64,000 bases of DNA, from the NCBI GenBank assembly GCA_013265495.1, contig MU058769.1, positions 22,477 to 86,476 on the forward strand, written 5' to 3'. Shown in pieces: positions 13,678 to 26,690 of this stretch. Each line of letters begins with the position of its first letter. Position 1 is the first letter of the stretch. The notes below the pieces were generated by a model. The model did not search any database, was not told where the DNA came from, and saw only the letters and a program-made list of their open reading frames with translations. The DNA comes from Vicugna vicugna. Taxonomy: Eukaryota. A program made the position numbers and the translations under genes.

Positions 13678-15737
13678 AAGATCAGACCTGATAAACTCTC
13701 CCAAAAAGCAACAGAAAACAATATATTAGAAAGATAACATAAAACAATAAAGATATTAAATTAGGTAGGTAGATAGATAAATAGGCACCAAAAGACCATT
13801 GGAGATGCCAAAATCCAGAGAATAAGCATTGCAGGTGAAGAGAAGAGAAAAAATGAAATAATATTTCCTATACTAGAGAAAGGTGGGTATGTCTGAGTAC
13901 GCTGAGACAAGCTAGATAGAGAAAACTTACTTCTCAAGAAACCAGACACTTAAATGTGATAGTAAAATAAAAGAATGGCTTAGAAGGCTTACTGCACAAA
14001 GAACAAATTCAAAACACTTCTAAAAGAAATACTCAAATAAAAGGATAAATAAACAGAAGGGTGATGCAAATAACATGAAACGTAAAAATTACAATATAAC
14101 ATATTAATTACATAATGTGTATTTTTAACTTTTAAAAAAGGAAGACTCAAAGATGAATAAAAGAAAATCTATATCCAAAGCAGAACTAAAATTTTAGAAA
14201 ACATGAAAATGGTGGGGTTGTGAAGAAAGACGAAAGTAACATACAAAAATGGTAATATATTTGTTGTGATCCAAGAAAGAAATAGAAATGCCTAAGTTTA
14301 AGAAATCAGTAGATGAAAATAAACAAAACTGAATCTTAAGGTATCAATCCCAAAAATAAAATATAATTTATAACTCAACAAAACAAAAAGTACCCACCCA
14401 ATGAGAGACAGGAAAAGAGTTTTAATAGTAGTAACTAGTGGAATAAATGGCATATATACAATAAGATGGCAGAAATCAGTCCAATTATATAACAGTCATC
14501 ATGGAAAGAACGTATCAGTGAATCCCGTAATGAAAGACACAGAACTCAAACTGGGTTAAAAACAATAATAAATCAATCCAGGAATGTATTGTATATAATA
14601 GACACACTTAAGTCTATTTTACCAAAAATATAAATTTTACTTTCATGTATTCTAGTAATTAAGGGTTTGAACTGAAAATAGCACTTTGGGTCTACAGGAG
14701 TTAGAGGCTACTATTAAAGTTTCAGAAAGTTGTTTACAAATAAGACATTTTAATCAAAATGCAAAATTTCATTCATATCTATTTGTATGCTAAAGCAGTC
14801 ATTTGCTTGAATGTAACTAATTTATGAAATGGAATGGACAGAAAGTGTTAATTTGGTGCTATGTTTGTCTAGAGCCCAGGATTTCCTATCACGTATCACT
14901 AAGGAAATACCTGGACTTTACTCATCACAATGAGTAAATGATAGATAAACACCACCCCTGCCCCTAGAAAAAGACTAACTGACCTGATTGCAGGGTGCTC
15001 TGTAAAATTATTTGGATGACTTTCTTAAGCACACCTGCTTCTACCATCTCTATAATCAATGTAGTAGTTTCTTTCGCCCCTACTATCCTTCATGGATTTA
15101 CACTGACCACATGTCTGGGTCAGGGGAGGTCAGAGGTGCCCATGCGATGCACTCATCCCATTGCCACTGTCCTAATGGTAGCAGTTGCTTATTGGAAACA
15201 TTCCACATGAACAGGAGAAGTATTTCACATGCTTAAAACATCTGGTTCCAAAATACATTCAGAGTAGCAGCTACAACCACTTGGATATATAAAATGCCCA
15301 TAAATATTTTGACTATCAGCCTATTGCTGGAAGGCTTTGTAAAAACAGGTGCACAAAACTGCAGATGGTCCAAAATGCTGACAAACATCAGTTAATTTCA
15401 AGGACCCCAGTGGTGGGGGCCGTTCTTGACTGACATCCTAAATCTTGCAACTTTATTTCTACTCTGCTCTGATGATCAAAAGCAAATTATAAGCCCAGCC
15501 AAGTTAAAGAGAGAGAAAAGAAATCGTGTGCCCTGATGGAGACACTGACACTGTTGTTTTCTTTCAAGACTTTTTGAACATAGTGTACCTACAGAAAGGA
15601 AAAAAATCTCAAAATTCTAAAGCCTAAGGCTTCTCACCCAGGTCTCTCAAATCACCAGCACAGCTTCCCCCGCCTCACAAGACCAACCGTGTCCTGCCAG
15701 GTCCCTGCGGCCCACCACCCAGGCAAAGCACCTTATT

Positions 15738-16365
15738 TGTTAGTATCTGTTGCTGTGTAACGTTGTCACCCCAAATTTTGGTGGAAAAGATACATTTTTA
15801 TCACTATAGTTCTGAGAGAAGACGGGACAGCTGGGTGGCTCTCACATGGGCCTTTCATTTAGCTGTAATTGGCGGTGACGGCATTTGGAATCATGGAAAG
15901 GCTCAACTGAGCTGGTGTCCAAGATGACTTTAGGTCACAGTTCACTACAGCTGAGACGGCTGGATGAGGCGGGGGCTAACCAAGTATCTCTCTCTATTCA
16001 GCAAGGCTGGCTTGGGCGTCCGCGTTGCACGGCAATCTCACAGTATTTGAACTTTTGTTGTTGGGAGGTGGGGTAATAGTTAGCTGTTTTTTTTTAATGG
16101 AGGTACTGGGGACTGAACCCAGGACCTTGTGCGTGCGGGGCATGCACTCTACCACTGAGCTATACTCTCCCACCTGAACTTTTTCATGACTCCTGGATCC
16201 CCACAGAGCACATGTTCCAAAACAGAAGGGAGAAGCTACAAGTCTCCAGTGATCTAAACTCTGGAAGTGATACAACTTCACTTCTACAACTCGTGTCAAA
16301 ATCAAGTCACAGAACCAGTGAAGATGAAAGGGGAGAGGGAAGAAACTACCCCCCACAGTCATGAA
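15738..16365 (-). mobile_element. MaLR (MLT1-type) LTR interrupted by a SINE
   Basis: The start tgttagtatctgttgctgtgtaac and the motif gtgtccaagatgac are typical of MLT1. Confidence 0.55.
16062..16172 (-). mobile_element. tRNA-derived SINE (vic-1-like)
   Basis: Reverse complement has A and B boxes (gtatagctcagtggtagag...gggttcagtcccc); TSD tgaactttt. Confidence 0.85.
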
Positions 16366-16555
16366 GCTGCAAAGGACCTCAAGGGCCACCGGGGCCAAGA
16401 GGCAAAGCAGCCGTCTACGTCAGCCCCTCCTCCCACAGCTCTGCCTTTCCTAGGATCTCAGCCCCTCTGACCCTCATTGTGTCAAACACAGTCTGACTGC
16501 AAGTCAGTAACTTTAGTGTTTTACCCGTATTTGCTGGTTGTGTTTGAGACAATTA

Positions 16556-17023
16556 CAGACATATCTCAGAGCTATTATGGGTTCAGTTTCAGACACAATA
16601 AAGCAAATATCACAACAAGGTGAGTTACAGAAATGTTTTGGTTTCCCAGTGCATATTAAAGTTATATTTACACTTCACTGTATTTTATTAAGTGTGCAAT
16701 AGTACTGGCTAAAACACCAATGTACTATCTGAATTTAAAAATACTTTATTGCTAAGAAATGCTATCATCTGAGAACAAAGGGTTGCTACAAACTTTCAAT
16801 TTGTAAAAAATGCAGCATCTGCAAAGCATCAAGTCATCTCTCTCATCTATTAGCTGAGTGACCTTGGGTAAATTATGTCACCTCTCTGTACTCCATAATC
16901 TACAGGGTCAGCCGGAATACTGCATCACAGGGTTACTATGAGGTCTAAACGAGATAAACCACATAACACATTTACAATAGTACTCAGCACAGACGTGAAG
17001 CACATTAAAACGAGGTATGCCTG
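16556..17023 (-). mobile_element. Internally deleted Tigger1-type (TcMar) DNA transposon carrying a foreign insert
   Basis: Ends cagacatatctc ... gaggtatgcctg with TA on both sides; internal Tigger1 terminal sequence ggtttcccagtgcatat. Confidence 0.85.
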
Positions 17024-17358
17024 TAATCAGAAGAGAAAGTCTATTGACTATCACTAAAGACCACTTGGTTATGTTTTTTAGGCATATGTTTTAATAAATC
17101 CCTATTAGGAGGGGCAAGGAATATTATTATAATTTTGTGAAAATCCACATATTTATTCTGAGACAGTATTAACCAGTTGGATTTGAAGATAAAGACAGCT
17201 TATATTTCCTAAGAAACAATGTTTTTATCCTCTTGAAAAGGGAAAGTACTTCGAAAGAGGCTGTGTTACAAAGAGGGGAAGCATGACATGGAAAGAACAG
17301 ATTCAATACGCAAGATTAATGAGTAACGTGTATTTGAGAAAACTAAAAAAAAAAAAAA

Positions 17359-17506
17359 NNNNNNNNNNNNNNNNNNNNNNNNNNNNNNNNNNNNNNNNNN
17401 NNNNNNNNNNNNNNNNNNNNNNNNNNNNNNNNNNNNNNNNNNNNNNNNNNNNNNNNNNNNNNNNNNNNNNNNNNNNNNNNNNNNNNNNNNNNNNNNNNNN
17501 NNNNNN
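17359..17506. other. Assembly gap (N run)
   Basis: Ns after poly-A. Confidence 1.
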
Positions 17507-17664
17507 CCTCACGGTTCTTTCTTAGACTTTCTTCTCAACTCCCGGGTTGCTCCTCTGCATTAGAAGACCACATCCACAACAGCCATGCCTCAGTTTCCAC
17601 CCAGATGCTGGTAACTTACTGTTTTCATTTGAATTCCCAATATGAAAATTTAAATACATTTCAA

Positions 17665-18866
17665 TTAATATTTCTTTGAAAAAAATGCAAGTCTTTTCAA
17701 GATGTCATGGAAAGACTGCTTTGCTTGCTTATTTCTCAGGGTATAAATGAAGGGGTTCAACAAAGGAGCAACAGATGCAGTGAGCAGGGAAACTCCCTTA
17801 TTAAGGGCCACTTCATCCTTAGCTGGAGGTTTGAGATACACCGAAATGCAGCTGCCATAGGTCATGGAGATCACAATCATGTGGGAAGAACACGTGGGAA
17901 AGGCTTTTTTCCTTTGCTGAGCAGAGGGTAATCTTAGGACCATCCTGATGAACTACACACACAAGGGTCATTATGAAGGTCAACACAGCACAGAATATAA
18001 CCAGCTGCTCTATGAACCATGTATCTGAACATGAATTCTTCAGTATTGGAGAAGCATCACAGAAAAAATGGTCAATAACAGAGTCACAGAATTCCAGGTG
18101 GAGACTCGGGCCAAGGGGAGGGAGAATAATCAATAAGCCAGATACGCAACAACAGACGATGAGATTCCTTCAGACTCTGCTGTTCATGATGGTCACGTGG
18201 TGCAGGGGTTTGCAGATGAACTACACACACAAGGGTCATTATGAAGGTCAACACAGCACAGAATATAACCAGCTGCTCTATGAACCATGTATCTGAACAT
18301 GAATTCTTCAGTATTGGAGAAGCATCACAGAAAAAATGGTCAATAACAGAGTCACAGAATTCCAGGTGGAGACTCGGGCCAAGGGGAGGGAGAATAATCA
18401 ATAAGCCAGATACGCAACAACAGACGATGAGATTCCTTCAGACTCTGCTGTTCATGATGGTCACGTGGTGCAGGGGTTTGCAGATGGCCACGCAGCGGTC
18501 ATAGGACATCACCGCCAAGAGGAAAAATTCTGTAGCTCCAAAGAGGACAATAAAAAATATTTGGCTGAAGCAGGCATTGATGGTGATGGTTTTGTCCCCA
18601 CTTGATATGATGTAGAGGTACGTGGGGACACAGGCAGTTGTAAATGAGATCTCTCAGAAAGAAAAATTTTGAAGGGAAAAATACATCGCTGTTTTTAAAT
18701 GAGAATCCACCAAGATGGGGGAAACTATGGTCAGGTTCCCAACTGCACTTAACATATATGTGATCAACAGAAAGCTAAAAGCCAAAATCTCTAGTTGTGG
18801 GTCATTCGTCAAACCCAGGGCGATGAACGTTGTTACTGCCGAACGGTTTCTCATCACTGACTTCAT
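17665..18866 (-). pseudogene. Olfactory receptor pseudogene, OR6C subfamily (OR6C68/OR6C2-like), with an internal 268-bp duplication
   Basis: Runs from MRNRSAVTTFIALGL to [14 protein letters not shown]. In-frame TGA codons at 18654-18656 and 18438-18440, a frameshifting deletion at ~17947, and a tandem duplication at 17947-18482. Confidence 0.9.
17947..18482. repeat. Apparently perfect 268-bp tandem duplication (2 copies)
   Basis: Identical ORF translations offset by 268 nt; GATG occurs at 17947, 18215 and 18483. Confidence 0.95.
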
Positions 18867-19639
18867 ACTATGGCCATTGGTTCAAGACTGCTTCACATAA
18901 AAGGCACAGAAATTAGATCTGAAGAGCAATGTCAAAATATGACAGAAGCAGACCGCATCTACAATACCAAGCAAACCCAGTCACATGCATGTCCTTCTGG
19001 AACTTAACAATCCGATTTCAGTGAGATGATTCCCTCAAATCCACTGAAATGTGCCACAGGGAGGTGAAGCTTCGGGGAAATTTCTTTTGAAAACTGCTAC
19101 TAAAATTGTTTTAAATATTCGAAGATCTCCCAATTCACAGCACTATTTCCAATTTTTTTTTTAAGTCCATACTTCAGTTGAGATGTCTCCTATTGGATCA
19201 GAAGTTGGCCACTTTTGAGCTATACTTTGACTGGTCATTGAGTCTCTTTATTCCAAAGCATTTGTACTCAAAAGCTAAACCCTAAAATTCCTTTGCTTTA
19301 AGTTATGGTGCCTGATAAAATGCAAATATATGGAGGATGGCATTATGCCCTAGGTGCAGAATCTCTCCAGATCTTTCCTCCAGTGAACGAAGCATTATTT
19401 AAAGGTCAAGTTAGATTTCTCCCAGAAAATAGTCATTCAATGGCCCCTTTCTCCAGTCTTTCTCTAAGTTCCTCTTATTTCCTTATTTTCCATCTCTGTC
19501 CTCAGCAGAGAGCTTTAATGCATGACTATTTTAATGCAATTTGAAGAAAACATAGGTCAAAAAGGATAAATAGCTGAAGGATATCAAGATACACTTTGCT
19601 TTCCCTCCTCCATGACAGCAGAAGTGTGATGCATGTTTC

Positions 19640-19870
19640 ACAGGGGCTAATGTATGGACCTTGGAGCAGTTTGTCTGGGATCAAGTCATCTCTCTCTCAT
19701 CTACTAGCTGAGTGACCTTCGGCAAATTATTTAACCTCTCTGTACTTGGACTTCCTAATCTATAAAGTGGAGTCAACGGGAATGCATACTGCATCATAGG
19801 GTTACTATGATGTTTAAATGAGATAAACCACGCAGAATGTTTACAATAGTACTTAGCACATGATTAATAT
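19640..19870 (+). mobile_element. MIR SINE
   Basis: actagctgagtgaccttcggcaaattatttaacctctctgtac...taaatgagataa. Confidence 0.8.
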
Positions 19871-20349
19871 TACACTTTTTTTTCTGAAGCCAATCTTTCT
19901 CATTATCTCAAGAAGGCATTTAGCTCCACTAGGAGCACCTCTCTCTCTTTCTCTCTCTCTCTCAGTATCATCAATTTCTTCCACTTTTCTAGATTTATTT
20001 CCTCAGCATACAAACATTCTCTGGTATGACCCTATACTTAAAAAAACCATAAAAATACTCGTAGGGAGTGACACTTCAATCACTATACTCTTTATATAGT
20101 TTTTACTTTAGGAAACGTGTTAATCTACATATTCAAAAATAAAATATATCTTCCAAACTGGTAACTGACCTCTTTATTAATATAATTGCTGTCTACTCAG
20201 TTTATGTTTCAATGTGATATTGAGACCACTGCCTAAGTGTGTGGTAACTTAAGATCTGGGCATTAGCCCCATAATAGTTATATTGGTCTATTCAGCTATT
20301 TGTCTTCATTCAATGTTCTCTCTTCATTCAATGTTCCAGGCCTCCACTG

Positions 20350-20655
20350 CTCAATGCACTAGCTATCTGCCATATATCTAACACTTGAGATGTGGCTGGT
20401 TCAAACTGTGGTGTATTATAACCGTGAAATACACATCAGATGTCAAGACTTAGAATACAAATACGTAAAATATACCATTTATAATTTTATACTGAATACA
20501 AGTGGAACTGTGAATATTTTGCATATATATGGAGTTAAATAAAATACATTATTACAAATCAAGATCATCTGCTTCTTTTTACCTTTTGAATGATATGACC
20601 AGAAAACTATAAATTATAAATGAGGCTCACATTGTATTTCTGTTGCACTATACTG
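20350..20655 (-). mobile_element. MER33-like hAT-Charlie DNA transposon
   Basis: cacttgagatgtggctgg...gttaaataaaatacattatt...ggctcacattgtatttctgttgcac. Confidence 0.7.
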
Positions 20656-21079
20656 TTTTAGGTTTTCAAATTCTTTCACATTGTGGAATTTTGAAAAAAG
20701 GATCTCCTAAGACAAATGAGTTCGTTTTCTAAACGGCTTTCACTCTTTTTTAATATAACCCTCAAATAACTTTGAAGCGTATGCTCCCTGAAACTGAAAA
20801 AATGAGACTCTTTTTTGTCTTTGGAAGGTGAAAAGTATCAACTCCCACCAAGTACAGACTTACTGTTGTGCATTGCCAGATTGCAGGCATCGCAAAAGAA
20901 AAGGGACATTAACCTGCATTTATGAGACAAATAGTTTGCAAAGAGGTGATACAGGTACTGAAAGATGGGGGGATGTTAAAAATGGAGCGTTTACCAATGG
21001 TAATTGAGGTATATAATATAAACACATAGAGACAGACAAAATAGATAAACAAGAGACAGAGACAGACAAGGAAAGAGAA

Positions 21080-21315
21080 AGTGAGGTAGATAATAAATTG
21101 GGAGTTTGGGATCGGCAAATACAAACTACCATGTACAGAACAGATACACATCAAGGTCTGACTGTATAGCACAGGGAACTATAGTCAATAGCTTGTAACA
21201 ACCTATAATGAAGAAGAATATGTATATATATAGCTGTGTCACCATGCTGTACATCAGTAACTAATACACATTGTAAATCAACTATACTTCAATAAAAATA
21301 AAAAATTAAAAAAAG
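21080..21315 (+). mobile_element. L1 3' tail
   Basis: gactgtatagcacagggaactatagtcaata...actatacttcaataaaa followed by an A tail. Confidence 0.82.
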
Positions 21316-22394
21316 ACCGGCAGAGAGAGAGAAATTAGGAAAGGGTTTCCCGTGTGTCAATCAAACCACGGTACATGGTGTTGCACCAACTTAATGATGC
21401 ATAAAATGAGTCCTGCCCACGTTTACAACTGGAGAAGGTTCATGAGCTCTATAAATAACCTCAGAAATGACTGGATTTCTCAATAAAACATCAAAAACAA
21501 ATAAATATTGAAACTAGTAATCATTTGTTTTACTAGAGTGAAACATAATCACAAATGCCTTCTCTATAAATTATTTGCTGAAATAAGCCTGGCTTGAAAA
21601 CACCCCAGTACTTAACTTCTGACATTCTTCATCGTTTCCCCAGGAGGCTACACCTCAAATGACCTCAGTGAGCTTCACAGTTAAACAAAAAGTTACTAGT
21701 AGGATCGTCTAAGTGCATTCCCAGCCCCTCGCCCCCAGGAACCTACAGTCACCATATATATACACATGGTTTCTAAACATATAATACCATCCTACTCCAA
21801 AATTAAAACATATCTCTGTGCACTCTGGGTAACTGAAAGGACGATAAAGTCCAAAGGGCAAGGAGGAGTTAGGAAGACTCTCTGGCTCTGTGAAAGTGGA
21901 TGTTCTGATTTTCTCTGCTCAAACAGGTTTTTACATTTATGAAACCCTATTTATTTCCTTCATTTCCAACAGGTGTGCACAAAATAGGTGTGAATAAAAA
22001 ATTCCTCGGAGGGCCTGATTCAAAACTCTCCACTGAATTAAAAATATAATTTACTTTACAAAAAAAAAATCCTAAGCCAAGAAATAAAGATAATTTCCTG
22101 AGAGAGAAAAAGATGCAGCAGTAGTAACAAGCTCAGTCCAAAAAAATCAGAAACAGTAAGATTCCAATGTCCCATCAGAAACCTGTTTCTAATTATTTGT
22201 TCACACATGGTTTATGCAATGCAACAAGATAGCCTTCTTATCTAAAATTACACCCATAACAATATTTAATACAGAAAATTCAAAAATAGACACAAAAACT
22301 GAAAAAAGAAAACCACAGAAACTGTAACATCCAGAATAAACATTATTATTTTGGTGTTTCTCCTTCCAAATATTGTCTACCGTTAACATGTGAC

Positions 22395-22825
22395 TGCTGC
22401 ACTATTACTAGTTTATTATAAAAGACACTTCTCTGGAACAGCCAAATGGAAGAGTTTCACAGAGCGCAGTATGGAGGATGGGGCAGCATGGAGTCTCCAT
22501 GCTCAGCCCTCCCAGCATCTCGATGTGCTCCCCAATCTGGAAGCTCCCCTCACCTCCCTGTTCAAGAGTTTGTGTGGTACTTAATCTCCGTCTCTCACTC
22601 ACCCGCCCCAGAGGCAGTGGACAGGGCTGCCAGCTTCAATCCTCCAGTCCTCTGGTCTTTCTAAAGATCAGCCCCATTCAGAGGCTACCTAGGGTCCCCA
22701 CCCTAAGTTTCCTTATGAGCATAAACACAAGGTAACAAAAGATACCCCTATCAATCAGAAGATTTCGAGAGTTTAGGAGCGCTGTGCCAGGAACAGGGAC
22801 AAAGACCACATACTTCCTATGACAT
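22395..22825. mobile_element. MER21-like LTR fragment
   Basis: agtttattataaaag, gaacagccaaatggaagag and ccaggaacagggacaaagacca motifs. Confidence 0.6.
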
Positions 22826-23014
22826 ATATATTTACAAAGTGCAGGTGCAGCAAGAGAGCAGTAAGCTTTTCAGTATCTTTCTCTTAATTAATAGAACAAG
22901 CAGAAAAAGAAATGAGCGTGTGCAATGTAGATCTGACCACTATAGTATATAAGGAGAGTAACAGATACATGTAGAAATGCACCCAAAAGATGAAGAAGAC
23001 ACTTTTTCATTTTT

Positions 23015-23350
23015 TGCTTAAACAAGAGAACTATGTTTTCTCACAGTTTGGAAGCTAGAAGTCCAAGATCAAGGTGCCGGCAGGGTTGGTTTCTTCTGAA
23101 TCCTCTCTCCTCTGCCTGTAGATGACCGTCTTCTCCCTGTGTCTTCACACGATGCTCCCTCTGTGCACCATCTGCCTAATCTCCTGTTTTTAGAAGGACA
23201 CAATTAAATTGGATTAGGGATCACGCTAATGACCTCATTTTAACCTATTACCTCTTTAAAGATCCTATCTTCAAATATAGTCACTTTCTGAAGTAATGGG
23301 GGTTGGTTAGGGTTTCAGCGTATGAATTTGAGGAGAATGCAGCCCAGCCC
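23015..23350 (-). mobile_element. MLT1 (MaLR) LTR
   Basis: ctcacagtttggaagctagaagtccaagatcaaggtgccggcagggttgg and aatgacctcattttaac. Confidence 0.85.
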
Positions 23351-25039
23351 ATAGTAGGATCCTAGGGAAATGTACAGCCTGGAGTTGTGTGAGATTCTGA
23401 ATTGCTGTTAGAAAATAACTGAAACATACCGAGAATAATACAAAGAAACACATGATGTACCGGAAGCTCAGCTTATTAAACATTTCCAATACAACGCGAG
23501 TCCCTGTTATAAAGATCATGGCCATGGTCTCCCAAGCTCCAGAAGCATTCTCACCTAGAACTGAGCACTTCTGATTTTCTTGTGCTCCTTTCTGCCTTGA
23601 CTGCATTCCTGTGCAAATGCAAACTATATGTAATACTGCTTGTATGTGGGTGTTTTAAACTTAACCATTAATGCTTTGTTTTTATTATTTTGCCAACTTT
23701 AAATACCTCATGTAAGTGAAAACATACAGCGCTTGTCTTTTTGCGACTGGCTTATTACACTTAGCATAATGTCCTCAAGGTTCATCCACGTTGCACCGTA
23801 TGTCAGAATTTTCTTCCTTTTTTAAATGTGTATTTTACCACAATTTTTTAAGTTAAGGGAAAAACATCATACCACAAAAGAAGAAATGATAGAAATTAAT
23901 TATCTCCATCTTAAGTTACACAAAGAATTTGATACACATATGTAATGAGTTGTGTATTATGTTCTCAGCAGCCTTATTTATAGTGGCCAAAACATGGAAA
24001 CAGCCCAAATGCCTGTCAACAAGGGAAGCAATGAACACATTCTGGTATGTTCATACAATGGCAAAGTGGGCAGCAACAAGAGCAGGCAATCCTCAGTTAT
24101 ACACAAATAAAGGACAAATCTCATGAACACAGTCCTAAGCAGAAGAATCCAGACACAAAAGGAATACATATGATATCAAAGCCTGTATAAAAAAAAAATT
24201 AAGGAACAAAACTGAATGACAGATTTTGGAACGCTTGCTTATTTTGTTAAACTACAAAGAAAATTATAATTTTTTAATTATTACTATTAAAGTCAGCAGA
24301 GTGGTTAACTTCGGGAGTGAGAAGGATTTTAGCGGTTGGGAGAGGCACAAAAGGCACTTGTGGGGTCCTGGCAGTGTTCTATGCACTGCCCTTGGACATT
24401 TACTTTTTTCCCATATTTCACAAGAAAAGTAGCATAGGAAGCTTTTGATCTGTTTGCCTCCAGGCAGTGCCTTGCACCAGTGACCAAACCAAAAACCCTT
24501 ACCAGACTGAATTCTTACACCTGCTTTATTTCTTCACTTACTTCTCCTCACGCCTCTCTACATTAATGGCATCTACTTTTAGGGACCATCCAAAACAGAA
24601 GGCTCATGTGGGAAGTTAGCAACCTTTTCTCTGACTGTTTGAAGTCTAGGACCAGTTGGTTTTGCAAAAACCTATGATGTCCCTAATGTCTGCAATCTCT
24701 TACTGTCTAATCTAGTTGCAAACCAACCACTTATTGCCCGAGTTCAAATGTTTCTTGAAACCATTAGCTGAACCTAGCAGAGAACGTCGAACAAATACTG
24801 GCTCTTTTCAGCCATGCCAACCATGCCCCTCAGAGCCAGAGACTCAGCAGACTAGTCCCTGCAGGGAACAGTTTTATAAAATGTTGTATTGTGGCAAATT
24901 AAGGATCTCCAACTCTGAGGCCGCAATATATTTTTCTTTACCACCTCTTATCCATCCACTGAGTTAATGTCACATATTTTCTTTTTTGTTATGACAGGAC
25001 TTCACTTATAGTATGAACTTTTATATTAGTCTTATAGAA

Positions 25040-26110
25040 GGACAGACTGCTGAAAAAACAAGACCTAAAAATATCATGGCTGAAATAAGCCAAAAGGTTA
25101 TTTTTCTCCAAAATTCTAAAAAGAATGTCAGCAAGCAATTCTCTTCCTCATAATTTAAGGAGGGAGGCAAGAAAAATTATCTATGGCAGACATACCATAA
25201 AAAATAGGTAAAAGGAGTTCTTCAAACAAGAAAATTACAAGATAAGAAATCCTGGTGCAACAGGAAAGAAGAGAGAACGATGGAAGGAGAAGAAATATGG
25301 GTAAGTAAAATAGACTATCCTCATCCTCGTGAGTTGTACAAATCATGTATGGTGACAAACAAAAATTAACACAATCTGATACTGAAGACAATGATATTTA
25401 AAAGTGGGGTGGGTAAAGTGATCTAAATAGAAGTAAGATTTCCACATTTCACCTGAAATGCTAAAAACACCTATGCCAGTAGCCTGGGATAATACACATA
25501 TGTTGTAATACCCAGAGCAAACGCTAAGAAAATCATACAAAGTGATACAACCAAAACTACTGAATTAGGGTGGGGGGTATAGCTTAGAGCATGTGCTTGG
25601 CATGCACAAGGTCCTGGGTGCAACCCCCAGTACCCCTGGGGATTGGAGGGAAAAAACTAAATAAATAGTACTTTTTAAAAAATACTAAATTAATGAATTA
25701 CTCAAAATAGAATCCTAAAAAGTGTTCAAACAACCTGCACATGTGCAAAAAAAAAAAAGAGAGAAACAGAAAATAAACAGAAACAAATAATAAAAAGACA
25801 AATCTAAATACATAATTATCTTAAATGGAAATGGTTTAAATACATCAATTAAAAGGAAGAAACTGGCAGAGTGAATTTATTTTTTAAAACAACCCAACTA
25901 TACGATATTACTAGAAATTTGCTTCAAAATCAACAACATACTGAGGTTGAAAGTAAAAGGATAAAGAAAGCTATGCCATGAAAAATCAAGAAAAAAAGCA
26001 GATAAGGCTACATTAAAACTAGATAAAGTAGACAGAAGCAAAGAAAATTACAAACGGGAAGCAAAGGGACATTTACATAATGATAAAAGGACTGCTCCAC
26101 CAGGAACCCA
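25040..26110 (+). mobile_element. Old L1M ORF1/ORF2-start remnant
   Basis: A-rich L1-like sequence (taaatggaaatggtttaaatacatcaattaaaagg, tacataatgataaaagg). Confidence 0.65.
25568..25655 (+). mobile_element. tRNA-derived SINE (vic-1-like)
   Basis: ggggtatagcttagagcatgtgcttggcatgcacaaggtcctgggtgcaacccccagtacc. Confidence 0.8.
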
Positions 26111-26179
26111 CCTTGCTTTATTTATTGTCACATTTATGATGATCTCACCTAGTAAAATAAGTGATCTCACTTATTTTAC

Positions 26180-26320
26180 ATTTACCTGTGCATTCGTTTA
26201 TTGTCCCTAGGCCATGTCTAGGCAAGGACTTCAGTGGTTTTGTTGACAGTCATATACCCAGAGCCATAGCAGTACCTGCACAGGGTAAGTACTCAATAAA
26301 TATTTATTGAATGAATGAAA
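26180..26320 (+). mobile_element. L2 3' end
   Basis: Terminus gtactcaataaatatttattgaatgaatga. Confidence 0.7.
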
Positions 26321-26690
26321 GTGTTATTCTATTATCCATCAAGATCTGCCCTTTAGATACAAGGCACTAATCATTATCAGCTCAAGTGATTTAAATACTT
26401 TAAACACTAATGTTATGAACTAAAATTTTCCAACATCAGATCAGAAATGACCAAAGGTTTTCTCATTCTTATTATAGCATCTCATGCACAAAACTTAAGT
26501 TCTACTATCTTCATCATAAATATACTAACTATAAAATCAGCAAGCAAAAACTATTGACATTAGAATGCTTCCTGGAAAAAAGTCATCATTTCCAAAATAA
26601 CCGTCTTCCATCAGTCACGATTACCTCAGTCATTTCCTTATCGTGCAACCTAGGTACTTCCTAAACTTTAGAAAGAAGCGTAGCCTTTCC

